64,000 nt of DNA from an uncultured Candidatus Rokubacteria bacterium. GTDB lineage: Bacteria; Methylomirabilota; Methylomirabilia; Rokubacteriales; CSP1-6. The first letter of the stretch is position 1; each line of letters starts with the position of its first letter. A model generated the notes under the pieces. The model saw only the letters and a program-made list of their open reading frames with translations. It searched no databases and had not been told where the DNA came from. The stretch lies in assembly GCA_963754315.1 (NCBI GenBank), contig CAVWFS010000003.1:1-64000 (forward strand), read 5' to 3'. The translations under genes were made by a program, and so were the position numbers. Shown one piece after another: positions 62,615 to 64,000 of the stretch.

Positions 62615-62685
62615 CATCGAGGACCGAGCAGTCCCCCAGAACTCGTCGAGGAGCGCCTCGGCTCCACCGGGGACGCTCCTCGACG
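62615..62685 (+). repeat. Degenerate repeat-family copy with a 12-bp perfect inverted repeat between convergent genes (possible terminator)
   Basis: cgtcgaggagcg (62644-62655) and cgctcctcgacg (62674-62685); resembles the second hairpin of the copy at 19832. Confidence 0.65.
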
Positions 62686-62695
62686 TCGGATGTTT

Positions 62696-63040
62696 CTAGC
62701 TGCGTGGCGGTTCGGTGCTTCGGCGGATCTCGTCGCGCATCGCATCTCGCCCCGCCTGAAACGCGTCGCGCAGACGCTGGGTCTCTCCCTCCACCAGATC
62801 GCGGCCCCGATCCAGCCATCCCTCGGCACGACTTTGGACGTCCGTGGCCAGCTCGTGGGCCCGTTTGGCAAAGATCTCGCCGCTTTTCTGAGCTTGCTTG
62901 GCGACTTCCGATCCTTGATCGGCAAGCAATTCCCGGATCTCACGCCCCGAACGCGGCGCCAGCAGAATAGCCGCTGCCGCCCCAACGGCCGCCCCCAGTA
63001 GAAAGCACGCGAACGCTCCACTGCCGTGCTGATCATTCAT
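62696..63040 (-). CDS. YtxH domain-containing protein
   Basis: FLLGAAVGAAAAILLAPRSGREIR motif. Confidence 0.88.
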   Translation of the reverse strand: MNDQHGSGAFACFLLGAAVGAAAAILLAPRSGREIRELLADQGSEVAKQAQKSGEIFAKRAHELATDVQSRAEGWLDRGRDLVEGETQRLRDAFQAGRDAMRDEIRRSTEPPRS

Positions 63041-63044
63041 GACG

Positions 63045-63428
63045 TTATCCTCTTCGCGGCCTTCCGAGCCGCTGCACGAACACGTTGATCCCTTTCTTGG
63101 CAGCAACCGCCATGCCGACGAGCTGGCCGACCTGGGTGAAGCCGCGTACGCCGACCACGAAGGCCCCGACGCTCGCCGTCACCTGACTGACGTGCTCGAT
63201 CATGGTCGATAGCCGCGCCACGCTGTTTCGCGCATCGCGGGTGACGGCCTGCGCCTCCTGGGTCAGCCCGCGGACGTCCTCCAGGGTGGGACCCAGCTTG
63301 ACCTCGACAACAGCGAGTACCTGCTCCAGTCGCAGGAGGGTGCGGCGCAGGGCTATGACCGCCGCCACGAGCGCGATGGTGAGGGCAACCGCGCACACGA
63401 TCAGAGGGATCAGCCACCAGGGGGACAT
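63045..63428 (-). CDS. DUF948 (YoxC-like) membrane-anchored coiled-coil protein
   Basis: N-terminal TM then heptad-like helix; typical partner of YtxH. Confidence 0.75.
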   Translation of the reverse strand: MSPWWLIPLIVCAVALTIALVAAVIALRRTLLRLEQVLAVVEVKLGPTLEDVRGLTQEAQAVTRDARNSVARLSTMIEHVSQVTASVGAFVVGVRGFTQVGQLVGMAVAAKKGINVFVQRLGRPRRG

Positions 63429-63436
63429 AACTGACA

Positions 63437-63504
63437 ATTATGGGCGGCGAACCCCCTAAAAGTCAATGAATACGTTGACTTTCTCGTCGCGGCCTCCCTA
63501 TAAT
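63437..63504. promoter_or_regulatory. Back-to-back sigma70 promoters
   Basis: Plus: TTGACT (63475)-18 nt-TATAAT (63499). Minus: TTGACT (63466-63461)-18 nt-CATAAT. Confidence 0.75.
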
Positions 63505-63513
63505 CGGCCTGAC

Positions 63514-64000
63514 ATGGCCGGCCAGCACCAGCGCTTTGAGGAACTCCGCCGCCGTCGTCGGGAAGCCGAAGAGGGCGGCGGTGAGGAGCGTGTGCGTCGT
63601 CAGCACAAGGCTGGCAAGAAGACCGCGCGCGAGCGGCTCGACCTGCTCCTGGACCCTGGGTCCTTGGTGGAGATGGACCAGTTCGTGGTCCACCAGAGCC
63701 ACGACTTCGGCATGGAAGAACAGAGGATTCTCGGTGACGGCGTGGTGACCGGCTCCGGGCGCATTCACGGTCGGCCCGTTTTTGTATTTGCCCAGGATTT
63801 CACGGTCTTCGGTGGGTCCCTCTCGGAGGCATACGCCCGCAAGATCTGCAAGGTGATGGATCTCGCCATGAAGGTGGGAGTGCCCATGATCGGGCTCAAC
63901 GATTCAGGGGGCGCCCGCATCCAGGAGGGTGTCGTGTCGCTGGCTGGCTATGCCGACATCTTTCTGCGCAACACCCTGGCCTCCGGTGTGATTCCACAAA
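63514..64000 (+). CDS. Acyl-CoA carboxylase carboxyltransferase (beta) subunit, PccB-like; truncated by the window end
   Basis: Manual translation [10 protein letters not shown]...GKKTARERL...GDGVVTG...[11 protein letters not shown]...[12 protein letters not shown]...ASGVIPQ. Confidence 0.93.
   Translation, partial: MAGQHQRFEELRRRRREAEEGGGEERVRRQHKAGKKTARERLDLLLDPGSLVEMDQFVVHQSHDFGMEEQRILGDGVVTGSGRIHGRPVFVFAQDFTVFGGSLSEAYARKICKVMDLAMKVGVPMIGLNDSGGARIQEGVVSLAGYADIFLRNTLASGVIPQ

Overview
GC-rich bacterial chromosome segment. Gene content and the intergenic G/C-run repeats suggest Candidatus Rokubacteria/Methylomirabilota (inference only). Layout: (1) 1-4.1 kb, a decayed accessory patch (mobile-element and tyrosine-integrase relics, broken methyltransferases, XRE regulator, receiver-Hpt relic). 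(2) 4-16 kb, mixed genes with tRNA-Ala(GGC) and two back-to-back, sequence-divergent tRNA-Leu(CAA) genes. These enclose a cryptic, multiply frameshifted two-motif LAGLIDADG endonuclease that the ORF track misses, and are followed by chrA and a UxxC selenoprotein with a SECIS-like hairpin. (3) iorAB followed by an 11-subunit complex I-like operon (nuoABC-NIPSNAP-nuoDHIJKLMN, no nuoEFG). (4) TetR-ECF sigma pair, then core genes rplU-rpmA-obgE-proBA-nadD-rsfS, dksA-like, lapB-like, comF, gap-pgk-tpiA-secG, a peptide ABC transporter and tRNA-Leu(GAG). (5) lipA-nuoABCDEFGHIJK (no nuoLMN)-pdhABC-lpdA. (6) YtxH/DUF948 pair and the start of an acyl-CoA carboxylase beta gene. A structure-conserved two-hairpin repeat family occurs at seven or more intergenic sites. 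No rRNA or CRISPR array was seen. Several single-base frameshifts in ordinary genes suggest residual assembly errors, so pseudogene calls are provisional.
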